In this document: one piece after another, positions 50,832-60,309 of the stretch
Numbering within the stretch: position 1 is the first letter of the stretch
How the letters are laid out: each line of letters starts with the position of its first letter
Translations under genes and position numbers: made by a program
The notes under the pieces: model-generated
Seen by the model: the letters and a program-made list of their open reading frames with translations, nothing else
Databases searched by the model: none
Told to the model about the DNA's origin: nothing
Source: Firmicutes bacterium UBA4996
GTDB taxonomy: Bacteria; Bacillota; Limnochordia; Darwinibacteriales; Darwinibacteriaceae
Assembly: GCA_002396805.1 (NCBI GenBank)
Contig: DGYW01000058.1
Coordinates: 45,591 to 109,590 of the forward strand
Reading direction: 5' to 3'
Length of the DNA stretch: 64,000 nucleotides

Positions 50832-51877
50832 GTCAATCCCTCCACAAATTCATTATCCAATCCAGCGATGAACAAAGCCATCAGTTTTCCCGTGCGTTTC
50901 ACATCCTCATAATCTAGGGTCTCGATGGGGGTGTGCATATAACGTAGGGGGATGGAAAGGAGAATGGTTGCCACACCGGCTCTAGTTACTTGGATGGCAT
51001 AGGCATCTGTGCCACCAGGTGAAGGGGAAGGATCCACAGAATAATTAATATTCCACTCCTTAGCGGTTTCCACCATTCGCTCGTACACCTTTGGATGGAC
51101 ATGGGGTCCAATTGCCACTCCAGGGCCTTGACTGAGTTTGATCGTGTCACTCTCTGGCAAACCTGGCTGATCTCCAAAACCTACATCGATAGCTATACCT
51201 AAATCTGGAACAATGCCGTAGGTACTGGTTACTGCACCCCGGAGTCCGACCTCCTCTTGAACGGTGGCAACACCATAGACATCTGCTTCGTGCTTTAATT
51301 CTGTGAGAACTTTAAAACACTCAAAAATAGCGGCCACCCCGGCCCGGTCGTCGAAGGCTTTACCCGCCATAAGGGATCCTTGCAGATCCACAACTTCTCG
51401 TTTGATGGTGGCTAAATCACCAATGCGGACAAGTTCTTGCACCTGCCCCACAGTGTCATAACCCACATCGATGAACAGGTCCTCCAATTTGACAGCTTGG
51501 TTTTGCTCACCTTGGGTTTGCACATGGGGAGGTTTTGCCCCAATGATTCCAGTTAATTGTGCTTTGCCATGGACTATCACTTCTTGCCCGAGCAAAACCC
51601 GCTGGTCGAATCCTCCAACGGTGCTAAAGCGGAGAAAACCGTCTTTTTCTATCTTAGTAATAATTAGACCAATTTCGTCCATGTGGGCGGCTAACATGAT
51701 CTTAGGCCTGCCCTTGGCTCCTTGTCCCTTTTTGAGCATAATCACGTTGCCCAGTTTGTCGGTGCGAATTTCATCAGCCCACAAGCAGGCTTCTTTGATG
51801 GGCTCCGCCACTTCCTGCTCGTATCCGGATATGCCCGATGCTTCGCTCAGGGTCCGGAAGAATTGTTTTACATCCAC
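50822..51877 (-). CDS. M42 family metallopeptidase, copy 3 of 3. The start is reassigned to GTG (complement of 51875..51877), which follows an AAGGAGGG RBS.
   Basis: HMDEIG and TVQEEVGLRGA motifs. The longer ORF reaching 51976 has no RBS and adds a non-homologous 33-aa extension. Confidence 0.8.
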   Translation of the reverse strand: MDVKQFFRTLSEASGISGYEQEVAEPIKEACLWADEIRTDKLGNVIMLKKGQGAKGRPKIMLAAHMDEIGLIITKIEKDGFLRFSTVGGFDQRVLLGQEVIVHGKAQLTGIIGAKPPHVQTQGEQNQAVKLEDLFIDVGYDTVGQVQELVRIGDLATIKREVVDLQGSLMAGKAFDDRAGVAAIFECFKVLTELKHEADVYGVATVQEEVGLRGAVTSTYGIVPDLGIAIDVGFGDQPGLPESDTIKLSQGPGVAIGPHVHPKVYERMVETAKEWNINYSVDPSPSPGGTDAYAIQVTRAGVATILLSIPLRYMHTPIETLDYEDVKRTGKLMALFIAGLDNEFVEGLTCF

Positions 51878-51967
51878 GCATTTCCCTCCTTTGCAGTTTG
51901 CTTGTATTATTTCTAGTTCGTCGGAGGAAAAACCTGCATAACCTAGAATTAATCTAGATGGGAAGAG

Positions 51968-52381
51968 GTGTTCCACAATATGGGAACCAATCGTGAGTCC
52001 GCCACCGATGGTGGTGTTTATCTTATCTGGATCTATTTACCGAAGGCGATCGAGCTTTCCGTAGGTAAGCTAGGAACCCTTTCTTTTGAAGAAGGGGTTT
52101 ATGCCTATTGCGGAAGTGCCCAACGGGCGCTACAAAAGCGCCTCGCTCGACACGCTAGATTAGATAAAAAACTCCATTGGCACATCGATTATTTGCGATC
52201 CCGCGCCCAGTATTTAGGCTCGGTCGTGTTTTTCAATCAGCCGAAATCAGGAGAGTGTTGGTTGGTGCAAGAATTATTACGTATCCCGGGTAGCTTTTTC
52301 CCCGCTAGTGGCTTTGGCTCTTCTGATTGCACATGTGCTGCTCACTTGGTGCAGGTGCCTTTGGCTTTTCCTAAGAAATAG
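51968..52381 (+). CDS. DUF123 (GIY-YIG-like) domain protein
   Basis: Motifs GVYLIW...YAYCGSA...WHIDYL characteristic of DUF123. Confidence 0.55.
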   Translation: MFHNMGTNRESATDGGVYLIWIYLPKAIELSVGKLGTLSFEEGVYAYCGSAQRALQKRLARHARLDKKLHWHIDYLRSRAQYLGSVVFFNQPKSGECWLVQELLRIPGSFFPASGFGSSDCTCAAHLVQVPLAFPKK

Positions 52382-52385
52382 AGAT

Positions 52386-52580
52386 TTAGTATCTTTTGGC
52401 AATGCGGTTCATCATATTGATTTGGGTGCGACAAAGGCGCTCACACTCTTCGATACTAGAAATTAGGTCGCTATTCTTTTTAGGATGAAGTTCATCAATA
52501 CTCTCTTGACAAAGGGTCTGTAATTCATTTAGTCGTTCCAATAGTCTCCAGATAACATCAGTAGGTTGCACTTTTGACAT
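52386..52580 (-). CDS. hypothetical small protein (64 aa)
   Basis: ORF only. The RBS spacing is poor, and the gene is divergent from tldD. Confidence 0.3.
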   Translation of the reverse strand: MSKVQPTDVIWRLLERLNELQTLCQESIDELHPKKNSDLISSIEECERLCRTQINMMNRIAKRY

Positions 52581-52631
52581 CCTTTCTCAGTTGATTGCTG
52601 TTTCATAATTATAACATTAAAGGGAGGTTTT

Positions 52632-54026
52632 ATGTTGCTTACAGAACGATTAGTAACAGATGTGTTGTTGGCCGCCTTATCTACAGGTGGCGATTTCGCG
52701 GAGATTTTCATGGAGGACACCTACAACACGATGATCCGTATGATTAATGGTACCGTGGAAGAGGGGGTTACCGGACGCGATTACGGCGTAGGTATTAGGA
52801 TTTTCCAGGGGATGCGAAGTGTTTATGCTTACACCAATGATACTGCCAGAGAAAACCTAATGAAGGTGGCCCTTGAAGCTGCCGCTGCTTTAGCAGATAC
52901 TCCGAAAGTAAAGAGCATTGTGCTGGCTCGTATGGCAGTGGAGAAGTTTAACCCGATTGTTTTAGAGCCACGGCAGGTTGCATCGGGGGACAAGGTTGGG
53001 GTGATGAAAAGAGCCCATGCAGCCGCCTTTGATCACCATGAACAAATTAGCCAAGTTGCCATTAATTATCTTGATACGGATCAAAGCGTATTCATTGCCA
53101 ACTCAGAGGGATTGATGGCAGATGACCGCCGGGTCCGGACTCGACTGGCAATTAATGCAGTGGCTACCAAGGGTAACGAAAAACAGTCTGGTTTTTATGG
53201 TCCTGGGCGTCACATGGGTTTTGAACTTTTTGAGCATCTCGATGTGGAGGAATATGCGCAGGAAGCTGCTCGAATTGCAGTTACCATGGTAAATGCTGAT
53301 TATGCACCTAGTGGTAAGTATCCAGTGATCATCCACAACGGATTTGGTGGAGTGATTTTTCATGAGGCCTGTGGACATGGTTTAGAAGCGACCAGTGTGG
53401 CAAAAGGGGCTTCAGTCTTCGCTGGCAAGTTAGGGGAAAAGGTAGCTAGTGAGTTGGTTACCGCAGTGGATGATGGGACCATTCCTAATGCCTGGGGTTC
53501 GCAGAATATCGATGATGAGGGGCATAAAACTAAGCGTAACGTACTCATCGAGAACGGAATTCTGAAGGGTTATATGATCGATAAGTTAAACGGGCGACGC
53601 ATGGGTATGGAACCAACTGGCAACAGTCGACGTCAATCCTATAAATATGCGCCTACCTCCCGTATGACTAACACCTTTATTTGTGCAGGGCAATCCAGTG
53701 TTGATGAGATCATTAGTAATACTGAATATGGTCTGTTCGCAAAACATATGGGTGGCGGGTCCGTTAACCCTGCAACTGGTGAATTCAACTTTGCTGTGTC
53801 CGAAGGCTATCTCGTACGTAATGGTAAAATTGAGAAGCCAGTTCGGGGTGCTACCTTGATCGGAAGAGGGTCTGAAATTCTACAGAAGATCGATATGGTA
53901 GGTTCTAACCTTAGCACTGGCCAAGGCATGTGTGGTTCCATAAGTGGATCCATTCCTGCTGACGTGGGCCAACCAACGATTCGTGTGACGGAAATCACCG
54001 TCGGTGGACGAAAGGAGGCAAACTAA
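52632..54026 (+). CDS. tldD: TldD family metalloprotease
   Basis: HExxxH-type motif HEACGHGLE in a 464-aa protein with RBS AAAGGGAGG. Confidence 0.85.
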   Translation: MLLTERLVTDVLLAALSTGGDFAEIFMEDTYNTMIRMINGTVEEGVTGRDYGVGIRIFQGMRSVYAYTNDTARENLMKVALEAAAALADTPKVKSIVLARMAVEKFNPIVLEPRQVASGDKVGVMKRAHAAAFDHHEQISQVAINYLDTDQSVFIANSEGLMADDRRVRTRLAINAVATKGNEKQSGFYGPGRHMGFELFEHLDVEEYAQEAARIAVTMVNADYAPSGKYPVIIHNGFGGVIFHEACGHGLEATSVAKGASVFAGKLGEKVASELVTAVDDGTIPNAWGSQNIDDEGHKTKRNVLIENGILKGYMIDKLNGRRMGMEPTGNSRRQSYKYAPTSRMTNTFICAGQSSVDEIISNTEYGLFAKHMGGGSVNPATGEFNFAVSEGYLVRNGKIEKPVRGATLIGRGSEILQKIDMVGSNLSTGQGMCGSISGSIPADVGQPTIRVTEITVGGRKEAN

Positions 54027-55381
54027 TGGACATTAGGGAGTTTAAAGACCAAGTATTCGCGGCAGGTCGTGAAGTTGGCTTGGAGGATATGGAAGTTTAT
54101 GTGTCCCGTTCTAAGGACTTTTCCGTACGTATCTATCAAACGGAAGTAGATGATTATACCGTTAGTGTGGAGCAAGGTGTTGGCTTTCGTGCTCGCTTTG
54201 CGGGCAAAGTTGGCTACGCCTATGTGGAAGCTTTAGACCAAGACTCAATCAAACTCTTGGTGGAAGGGGCCAAGGAGAATGCTCAGATTATAGATTCTAC
54301 TGACGAAATAGTCTTTTTCGAAGGTTCTCCAGAGTATCCCGAGGTTTCCGCTTATAGTGAGGAGTTGGAGGGTGTCTCTGCGGAAGAAAAAATCGAGTTT
54401 GCTAAGTCCCTTGAAGCAGAAGCCTTTGCGGCTGATCCGAGGGTTTCGATGGTAAATTGGTCCACTGCTGGGTATGGTGAAACAGAAGTGTACATTGCGA
54501 ACACCAAAGGATTAGAACAGTCCTATAATCGTAACGGAGCCTTCTCCTATGTCGCCGCGGTGGTGAAAGAGGGCGAAACGGTCAAAACTGGTGGACGTTT
54601 TCGCTTTGATAATGATTGGACTAAATTTGATGCCACGAAACAAGCCCAAGAAGCAGTGGCAGAAGGTGTTTCTTTGTTGAATGCTAGTTCTGTTAAGTCT
54701 GGAGACTATAGGGTATTGCTTAGATATGATGTGGCCCGGGATCTTCTTAGTACCTTTTCCTCTGTGTTTTCTGCTGAAGCGGTGCAGAAAGGGTTGTCCT
54801 TGTTAGGAGGTAAACTTGGCGAACAAATTGCCAATCCACAGCTAACTCTTGTTGACGATCCTCTACTTGCCAATGGTGGAGCGTCAGCTCCCTTTGATGG
54901 GGAAGGTGTGGCCACCAAGACTAAAGAAGTCATTTCTCAGGGAAAGCTCGTAACCTTTTTGCACAACCTCAAAACTGCAAAGAAGGACGGGGTAGAGTCA
55001 ACTGGTAATGCTTTCCGTGCTTCTTTTAAGTCCCCAGTGGGAATTTCTCCAAGCAACTTCTATATTCAGCCCGGTGATAAAAGCTATGAGGAACTGGTGA
55101 AAGAGCTCGGCAATGGATTAATTATCATTGACGTGCAGGGCACCCATTCAGGGGCTAACGCAGTGTCTGGAGACTTTTCTTTAGGTGCCTATGGCTATTT
55201 AGTGGAAAATGGTGAGATTACTAGGGCGGTTGATCAGATTACAGTTGCAGGTAATTTCTTTAAGTTGCTTGAAAGCGTGGAAGAAATTGGCGCTGACTTG
55301 GAATTTGGCATTCCGGGTTATGGTGGCAATGTAGGGTCGCCATCACTGATCATTGAAAAACTGGCAATCGCAGGTAATTAG
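54026..55381 (+). CDS. pmbA: TldE/PmbA family protein
   Basis: PmbA/TldD fold paralog lacking HExxxH, translationally coupled to tldD. Confidence 0.8.
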   Translation: MDIREFKDQVFAAGREVGLEDMEVYVSRSKDFSVRIYQTEVDDYTVSVEQGVGFRARFAGKVGYAYVEALDQDSIKLLVEGAKENAQIIDSTDEIVFFEGSPEYPEVSAYSEELEGVSAEEKIEFAKSLEAEAFAADPRVSMVNWSTAGYGETEVYIANTKGLEQSYNRNGAFSYVAAVVKEGETVKTGGRFRFDNDWTKFDATKQAQEAVAEGVSLLNASSVKSGDYRVLLRYDVARDLLSTFSSVFSAEAVQKGLSLLGGKLGEQIANPQLTLVDDPLLANGGASAPFDGEGVATKTKEVISQGKLVTFLHNLKTAKKDGVESTGNAFRASFKSPVGISPSNFYIQPGDKSYEELVKELGNGLIIIDVQGTHSGANAVSGDFSLGAYGYLVENGEITRAVDQITVAGNFFKLLESVEEIGADLEFGIPGYGGNVGSPSLIIEKLAIAGN

Positions 55382-55391
55382 GAGGACGTTT

Positions 55392-55919
55392 ATGAATTTC
55401 TCTACACGTAAGATCGCCAACCTTGGAGTGCTTACGGCAGTATCTATTGTGCTTACTCGGGTCTTCGGCTTCATTGTTCCAGTGGCAGGAGTAGGGGCTC
55501 TCAGAATTAGCTTTGGAGAGATTCCCCTGATCCTAGCTGGCATTTTGTTTGGTCCTTGGGCTGGAGCTGTTACGGGTATAGCTGCGGATTTAATCGGCTA
55601 TGCCATTAACTCACATGGGGGAGCGTTCTTTCCTGGATTTGCCTTAAGTGCAGCCCTGACGGGGCTGCTTCCCGGTTTACTGTTGCACAGTTATCGGGAG
55701 AATCTACGTTGGTGGCAAGTTGGGGTCACGGTGCTGTTGACCGATTTAGTCACAGGCGTTGTTTTAAACACTCTTTGGTTGACAATCTTGTATGGGCAAG
55801 GTTTCTTTGTTATTTTACCCGCCAGACTCTTGGCCCGTTTGGTCACTTTGCCCATCTATACGCTGGCAGTATTCTTGATTAATCGGGCGTATCAAACCTA
55901 TCGACAAGGCGCTCAGTAG
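55392..55919 (+). CDS. ECF-type transporter substrate-specific (S) component (start ATG 55392)
   Basis: Membrane protein of about 175 aa with six TM segments, typical of ECF S components. RBS GGAGGA lies upstream. Confidence 0.55.
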   Translation: MNFSTRKIANLGVLTAVSIVLTRVFGFIVPVAGVGALRISFGEIPLILAGILFGPWAGAVTGIAADLIGYAINSHGGAFFPGFALSAALTGLLPGLLLHSYRENLRWWQVGVTVLLTDLVTGVVLNTLWLTILYGQGFFVILPARLLARLVTLPIYTLAVFLINRAYQTYRQGAQ

Positions 55920-55922
55920 ATC

Positions 55923-55951
55923 TTGCGACCTATTGTATTTTGTGTTATGAT
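55923..55951 (+). promoter_or_regulatory. sigma-A type promoter for the small ORF
   Basis: -35 TTGCGA, a 17-nt spacer and an extended -10 TGtTATGAT. Confidence 0.45.
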
Positions 55952-55992
55952 AGCTTCGAAACTATACATTATACAAAGGCACATAGTGAGGT

Positions 55993-56232
55993 GTGGTTTT
56001 CCGTATGGATCTCGAACCGCCGAGACGGTGGCACAAATGGAAATTAGAGTTCTTGTGGCGATTGCCTTTAGAACCACGCAAGAAAATCAAAAGGTTCATC
56101 AAATTAGGGGACGATTACTTGGTTCAAGGCGAGCTGCTATTAGCAGAGCATTGTTATCATCTCTCTAAGCAGCTAGCTGAAAACGCTGGTACAGTCCATC
56201 TATTGAAAAAGATTGAACAAAGGATCCAATAG
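55993..56232 (+). CDS. hypothetical small basic protein of 75-79 aa (start GTG 55993 or ATG 56005)
   Basis: It is bracketed by a candidate promoter upstream and a strong terminator placed right after its stop. Confidence 0.45.
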   Translation: MVFRMDLEPPRRWHKWKLEFLWRLPLEPRKKIKRFIKLGDDYLVQGELLLAEHCYHLSKQLAENAGTVHLLKKIEQRIQ

Positions 56233-56259
56233 CCTTGGCGGCGACGCCAAGGTTTTTTT
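56233..56259 (+). terminator. rho-independent terminator
   Basis: Perfect hairpin CCTTGGCG-gcga-CGCCAAGG followed by TTTTTTT. Confidence 0.8.
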
Positions 56260-56296
56260 ACCCAGATGCTTGACCTAAATAAGTATCATTATTGGC

Positions 56297-56325
56297 TTGC
56301 TTTGCAGTTTGTAAGAGGTTATAAT
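56297..56325 (+). promoter_or_regulatory. sigma-A type promoter for the ArsR-family operon
   Basis: -35 TTGCTT, a 17-nt spacer and -10 TATAAT. Confidence 0.5.
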
Positions 56326-56360
56326 AACATTAAGAAAACTTTCACATTGGGGGTCGGACC

Positions 56361-56663
56361 ATGAGACAAACTGAGCAATCCGCCCGGCGTTTTCACGTAC
56401 TTGCGGATCCGATTCGTCTACAAATAGCTCTTTTGCTTCGTGAAGGCGAAATGTGCGTAGGGGACTTAGTTAACGAACTAGACATTAATCAACCCAAGGT
56501 ATCATATCATCTTAAACGTATGTATGAGGAAGGTTTATTGGAGCGTCGTACAGAATACACGTGGAGTTTTTATTCATTGTCCACTGACCTGAGAACTTGG
56601 GTCAATGAGGAACTAGATCTCTTACTGGAAAACAGTTCGTTAGCAAAGGCAAGGGGGCTATAA
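56361..56663 (+). CDS. ArsR/SmtB family transcriptional regulator
   Basis: Winged HTH motif (LADPIRLQIALLLREGEMCVGDLVNEL...VSYHLKRM). Confidence 0.75.
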   Translation: MRQTEQSARRFHVLADPIRLQIALLLREGEMCVGDLVNELDINQPKVSYHLKRMYEEGLLERRTEYTWSFYSLSTDLRTWVNEELDLLLENSSLAKARGL

Positions 56664-56984
56664 GTGAAGGATTTGAAGCAATTGACCAAGGCTCCCTCTT
56701 TTCTAGGGGCCATAAAAGCCATTTGGCGGGCGGGGGTAGAGGCTTTTGAGCAGGAGGCAGCTGTAGCGGATTTGCAGAAGACAAAAGCGCGTCTCCAAGA
56801 AGAATCCTTAGCCTTGTCTCGTCTTGTACACGATTACGAAACCAAGATACATAATATAGTTCGCGAAAATGAAGAACTCCGCAAACAAAACCGCGAATTT
56901 GAGTGGGCCTACAGGGCCTTGCGTCGTGAAAATCAGTGGCTGAAAGAAGAAGTGTTTAAGCTAAAAGGTCGACCATTACAGTGA
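56664..56984 (+). CDS. coiled-coil protein of unknown function (GTG start overlapping the ArsR stop)
   Basis: Heptad-rich sequence, translationally coupled to the ArsR gene, with a terminator immediately downstream. Confidence 0.5.
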   Translation: MKDLKQLTKAPSFLGAIKAIWRAGVEAFEQEAAVADLQKTKARLQEESLALSRLVHDYETKIHNIVRENEELRKQNREFEWAYRALRRENQWLKEEVFKLKGRPLQ

Positions 56985-56987
56985 GTG

Positions 56988-57018
56988 GGAGCCAGGCAAG
57001 GGGCTCCTTCTTTTATTT
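56988..57018 (+). terminator. rho-independent terminator
   Basis: Hairpin GGAGCC-aggcaa-GGGGCTCC followed by TTCTTTTATTT. Confidence 0.7.
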
Positions 57019-57099
57019 GCTCGCTACCGAATAGCCCAGCGTTGGGCAGGATTATGCATCGTTGAGTCGAAACCTCTACGTTGGAAAAGGAAGTGACTT

Positions 57100-57585
57100 G
57101 TGATGAACTCAAAAAAGATGATCCAAACCGCTCTTTTAGTTGCTTTAGTTGCAGTTACCACCATGGTGGTGAATGTACCACTACCGGGGGTCAAAGGGTA
57201 TATCAATATTGGGGATACGATTGTGCTATTATCTGGAGTTTTGCTTGGTCCCACAACAGGGGCAGTGGCAGGCGCCCTCGGATCTAGCCTTGCGGATCTT
57301 CTCTTAGGATATGCCCATTGGGCACCATGGACCTTTATAATTAAGGGGTTAGAAGGGTTTTTGGCCGGCTGGTTGGTGTTGCGTCTCCGTAAGGGGACTA
57401 CACTAGCTACGGTGATCGGTGCTGCTGTGATGGTTGGTGGCTATTTTCTAGTGGGTACCTTGTACTATGGTTTCGGTGTAGCGGTTGCCTCTGTGCCTGG
57501 AGATCTACTTCAAGGCGGTGCCAGTGTGCTTTTGGCTCTAGTCTTGGTGCGGCCTCTCCGGAAATATCTGGGCCTGGGCCAGTAA
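57100..57585 (+). CDS. membrane protein, ECF-transporter S-component-like
   Basis: Five to six TM segments in about 160 aa, with motifs typical of ECF S components. Confidence 0.5.
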   Translation: MMNSKKMIQTALLVALVAVTTMVVNVPLPGVKGYINIGDTIVLLSGVLLGPTTGAVAGALGSSLADLLLGYAHWAPWTFIIKGLEGFLAGWLVLRLRKGTTLATVIGAAVMVGGYFLVGTLYYGFGVAVASVPGDLLQGGASVLLALVLVRPLRKYLGLGQ

Positions 57586-57595
57586 GGAACAGGCA

Positions 57596-57622
57596 CATTT
57601 TCTCTCTCCACCTCATAAGATA
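57596..57622 (+). promoter_or_regulatory. candidate sigma-E/sigma-K type promoter upstream of the sigK 5' segment
   Basis: CATAagaTA (57614..57622) matches the CATA---TA -10 consensus recognised by sigma-K. An AC dinucleotide lies about 16 nt upstream. Confidence 0.35.
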
Positions 57623-57641
57623 GTTTTGCAGAAGAGGGGAG

Positions 57642-58007
57642 GTGGGCGGTGAGTTGTTTGCCCCACTATTCAGTGGAATAGGTTTGTGGTTGTTGGAGGG
57701 CGTAGGTATGCTGGCTTCCTTCGTCACCAGTGGGAGTGCTTTTCCTAAACCCTTAAGTCCCGAAGAAGAGCAAGAATTATTAATCAAGAAGGCAGAAGGA
57801 GACGAAGGGGCCCGAAATACTCTGATCGAGCGCAACCTTCGTCTTGTGGCTCATATTGTCAAAAAGTTCGATAATACGGGTGAGGACAGTGAAGATTTGA
57901 TTTCCATCGGCGTCATTGGTTTAATTAAGGCCATTAACACCTTCAATCCTCACAAGAACACTCGCCTAGCTACTTATGCAGCTCGGTGCATTGAGAATGA
58001 GATCTAA
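57642..58007 (+). CDS. sigK: sigK 5' segment (equivalent to spoIVCB): pro-sigma-K N-terminal half, GTG start, ending ..CIENEI* at the element junction
   Basis: Near-identical to the B. subtilis SigK N-terminal half ([11 protein letters not shown]...[37 protein letters not shown]...[14 protein letters not shown]). RBS GAGGGGAGG lies upstream. Confidence 0.9.
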   Translation: MGGELFAPLFSGIGLWLLEGVGMLASFVTSGSAFPKPLSPEEEQELLIKKAEGDEGARNTLIERNLRLVAHIVKKFDNTGEDSEDLISIGVIGLIKAINTFNPHKNTRLATYAARCIENEI

Positions 58008-60309
58008 CTGTCAAAGGATCGGTGTCCACCATATAGCGTTGACCGTATACTAAAAGTTCGCAGGGTGAAGCACCTTCGTGTTTGATCTTCACTCCTTCTT
58101 GATGTACCTTTACTTCGAGTCTATGACCCCTAAAGAGTAGCTTGAAGTCATAACCAGACCATTGTCGTGGTAGAAAGGGCTTTAGGGAGAGTGTGTCATT
58201 CTCAATTCGTAAGCCACCAAATCCGTAGACGATAGACATCCAGGTACCAGCCATACTAGTAATGTGCAGGCCATCATCTGTGTCATTGTTGTAATTGTCT
58301 AGATCCAAACGGGCGGTACGCAGATACAGCTCGTATGCCTTCTCTAGATAGCCTACTTCAGCCGCAATGATCGAATAAACGCAAGGAGAGAGGGAAGACT
58401 CGTGCACTGTCATGGGTTCGTAGAAATCGAAATTGCGTTTTTTTGTTTCTAGATCATAGCGGTCTCCAAGGAAGAAGAGCCCTTGGAGTACATCTGCTTG
58501 CTTGATAAAGCAAGATCGCAGAATCCGATCCCAAGACCAGTTTTGATTCAAGGGAAGCTCGTGGGGTGGTACGGCACTCACTGGGAGTAATTCTTTATCC
58601 ATAAACCCATCCTGCTGTTCAAAGACATCGTGTTTTTCCACATAGGGGTAGTACATCTTATCCATTATTTCTCCCCAACGTACCGTTTCTTCGTGACTGA
58701 GATTTAGTTGGGTGTATAATTCTCGAAAACGACTAGGATCGCTTTGGCGAACATAGTCTAGTACCTCGAGGGTGTATTCTAAACACCAAGAAGCCATGCG
58801 ATTGGTATGCCAATTGTTGTTCACGTTGTTTTCGTACTCGTTGGGTCCCGTAACCCCGAGGATCATGTAAACACCTTTGCGGGGCTGATATGTGACTCGG
58901 CCTGCCCAAAAGCGACTAATTTCTACCAATACCTCAAGGGCGTATTCTCCTAAATATGCTCGATCGTTGGTATAGCGAACATAGTTGAAGATGGCGTAGG
59001 CTATCGCCCCATTGCGATGAATTTCTTCAAAGGTGATTTCCCATTCATTATGGCATTCTTCTCCTGTCATGGTCACCATAGGATAAAGGGCCCCCGGAAG
59101 ACCTAGTTTTCGGGCATTTTCTTTGGCTTTTTCCAGGTGTTGGTAGCGATAAATTAGGAGATTACGCGCGATTTGCGGATCGCTGGTACTTAAATAGAAG
59201 GGGAGACAATATGCCTCCGTATCCCAGTAGGTACTTCCACCGTATTTTTCTCCAGTGAAGCCTTTGGGACCTATGTTTAGACGGGGATCTTCTCCAGTAT
59301 AGGTTTGATTGAGGTGGAAGATGTTAAAGCGGATTCCTTGCTGGGCGGCGGGATCGCCTTTGATTTGAATGTCACTATCGTACCATGTTTGGGCCCATGC
59401 TTGCTCGTGTAAAGCAAAGAGTTGATCATAGGTTGATTGACCGTGCTGGTCTAATAGCTTAAGAGCTTGCTCAGTAACTTGTTTGGCGGGGTAATCCCGA
59501 TTAGTGGTGACGGCTACCAACTTCTCTAAGGTCAGGGTCTGACCTAACTGCAACTTCTGTTGAACGCTAGCCTCCGCATACCCGGAACTGGCGGCAAATT
59601 GGGTGGAATTTTCCGTTATTTCGTGTTCATCCAAATAGAGGCGAAACGAGCTGGAGGCCGCCACAAGAAATCCAGATTTTTTAGTCTCCATGGTGACCAT
59701 TTGGTGGTTCGCTTCACTGGCTTCGGTCACGCCTAGCCAAAAGTCTTCACCGTAGTTGGCGTCTTCGTTGATGACGTTGCCATCAAGGTATGGCGTAAAC
59801 TCTACTTCCACACCTTCGTATGAAGGATCCTCTTCTAGGGTTACACGGTAACGGATTGCTGCAAGTTGTCGCTGATGTTTACTGACGAAACGCCCAGTTT
59901 CAAGATGTAAGATGCGTCCTTGTTCATCCTGAACTCTAAACGAACGGGTGAGTTGGCCTGCCCGCATATCCAATTTACGCTGAAAGTCAAGGGGCTCCCA
60001 AGTGTGTAGATCTACTGCGCGTCCCCCAAGACCAACTCTTATACCAATAAAGTTTACCGCGTTGAGGACTTTCGCGAAATATTCCGGATAGCCATTCTTC
60101 CACCAACCGACCACAGTACGATCAGGATAAAATACTCCTGCGATATATGTACCCTGAAGGCTATCGCCAGAATAGTCCTCCTCGAAATTTCCGCGCATGC
60201 CCATATAACCGTTGCCTAGGCTCATGAGGCTCTCGGTGACTCGATTCCTTTCTGGATGAAACCCCTTTTCAATGATTTCCCATTCATGGGTTCCGTAGAA
60301 AAATTTCAA
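57970..60309 (-). CDS. glycoside hydrolase family 65 disaccharide phosphorylase (maltose/trehalose/kojibiose phosphorylase-like). Its last 12 codons read across attL antisense to sigK.
   Basis: A 779-aa protein with GH65 N-terminal, catalytic (alpha/alpha)6 and C-terminal regions. TTG start follows a GGGGGG RBS. Confidence 0.8.
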   Translation of the reverse strand: MKFFYGTHEWEIIEKGFHPERNRVTESLMSLGNGYMGMRGNFEEDYSGDSLQGTYIAGVFYPDRTVVGWWKNGYPEYFAKVLNAVNFIGIRVGLGGRAVDLHTWEPLDFQRKLDMRAGQLTRSFRVQDEQGRILHLETGRFVSKHQRQLAAIRYRVTLEEDPSYEGVEVEFTPYLDGNVINEDANYGEDFWLGVTEASEANHQMVTMETKKSGFLVAASSSFRLYLDEHEITENSTQFAASSGYAEASVQQKLQLGQTLTLEKLVAVTTNRDYPAKQVTEQALKLLDQHGQSTYDQLFALHEQAWAQTWYDSDIQIKGDPAAQQGIRFNIFHLNQTYTGEDPRLNIGPKGFTGEKYGGSTYWDTEAYCLPFYLSTSDPQIARNLLIYRYQHLEKAKENARKLGLPGALYPMVTMTGEECHNEWEITFEEIHRNGAIAYAIFNYVRYTNDRAYLGEYALEVLVEISRFWAGRVTYQPRKGVYMILGVTGPNEYENNVNNNWHTNRMASWCLEYTLEVLDYVRQSDPSRFRELYTQLNLSHEETVRWGEIMDKMYYPYVEKHDVFEQQDGFMDKELLPVSAVPPHELPLNQNWSWDRILRSCFIKQADVLQGLFFLGDRYDLETKKRNFDFYEPMTVHESSLSPCVYSIIAAEVGYLEKAYELYLRTARLDLDNYNNDTDDGLHITSMAGTWMSIVYGFGGLRIENDTLSLKPFLPRQWSGYDFKLLFRGHRLEVKVHQEGVKIKHEGASPCELLVYGQRYMVDTDPLTVRSHSQCTELHK
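57999..58005 (+). repeat. left copy of the 7-bp direct repeat GAGATCT (attL core)
   Basis: It is identical to 62008..62014. Joining the two copies restores ..ENEILMHLR.. in frame. Confidence 0.8.

Noticed and set aside
51878-51976. N-terminal extension of the third M42 peptidase up to ATG 51976
   Set aside because: The extension has no RBS, is not homologous to M42 N-termini, and would overlap the DUF123 gene start. The GTG at 51877 with the AAGGAGGG RBS gives the canonical protein.
55923-56168. An 81-aa ORF in an alternative frame in the intergenic region
   Set aside because: It would begin inside the predicted promoter and stop 60 nt before the terminator. The overlapping 55993..56232 frame ends exactly at the terminator and is preferred. 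Neither frame has homology support.
57024-57287. Overlapping ORFs 57024..57254 (minus) and 57081..57287 (plus)
   Set aside because: They overlap the better-supported membrane protein gene 57100..57585 in other frames. Their composition is biased and there is no RBS.
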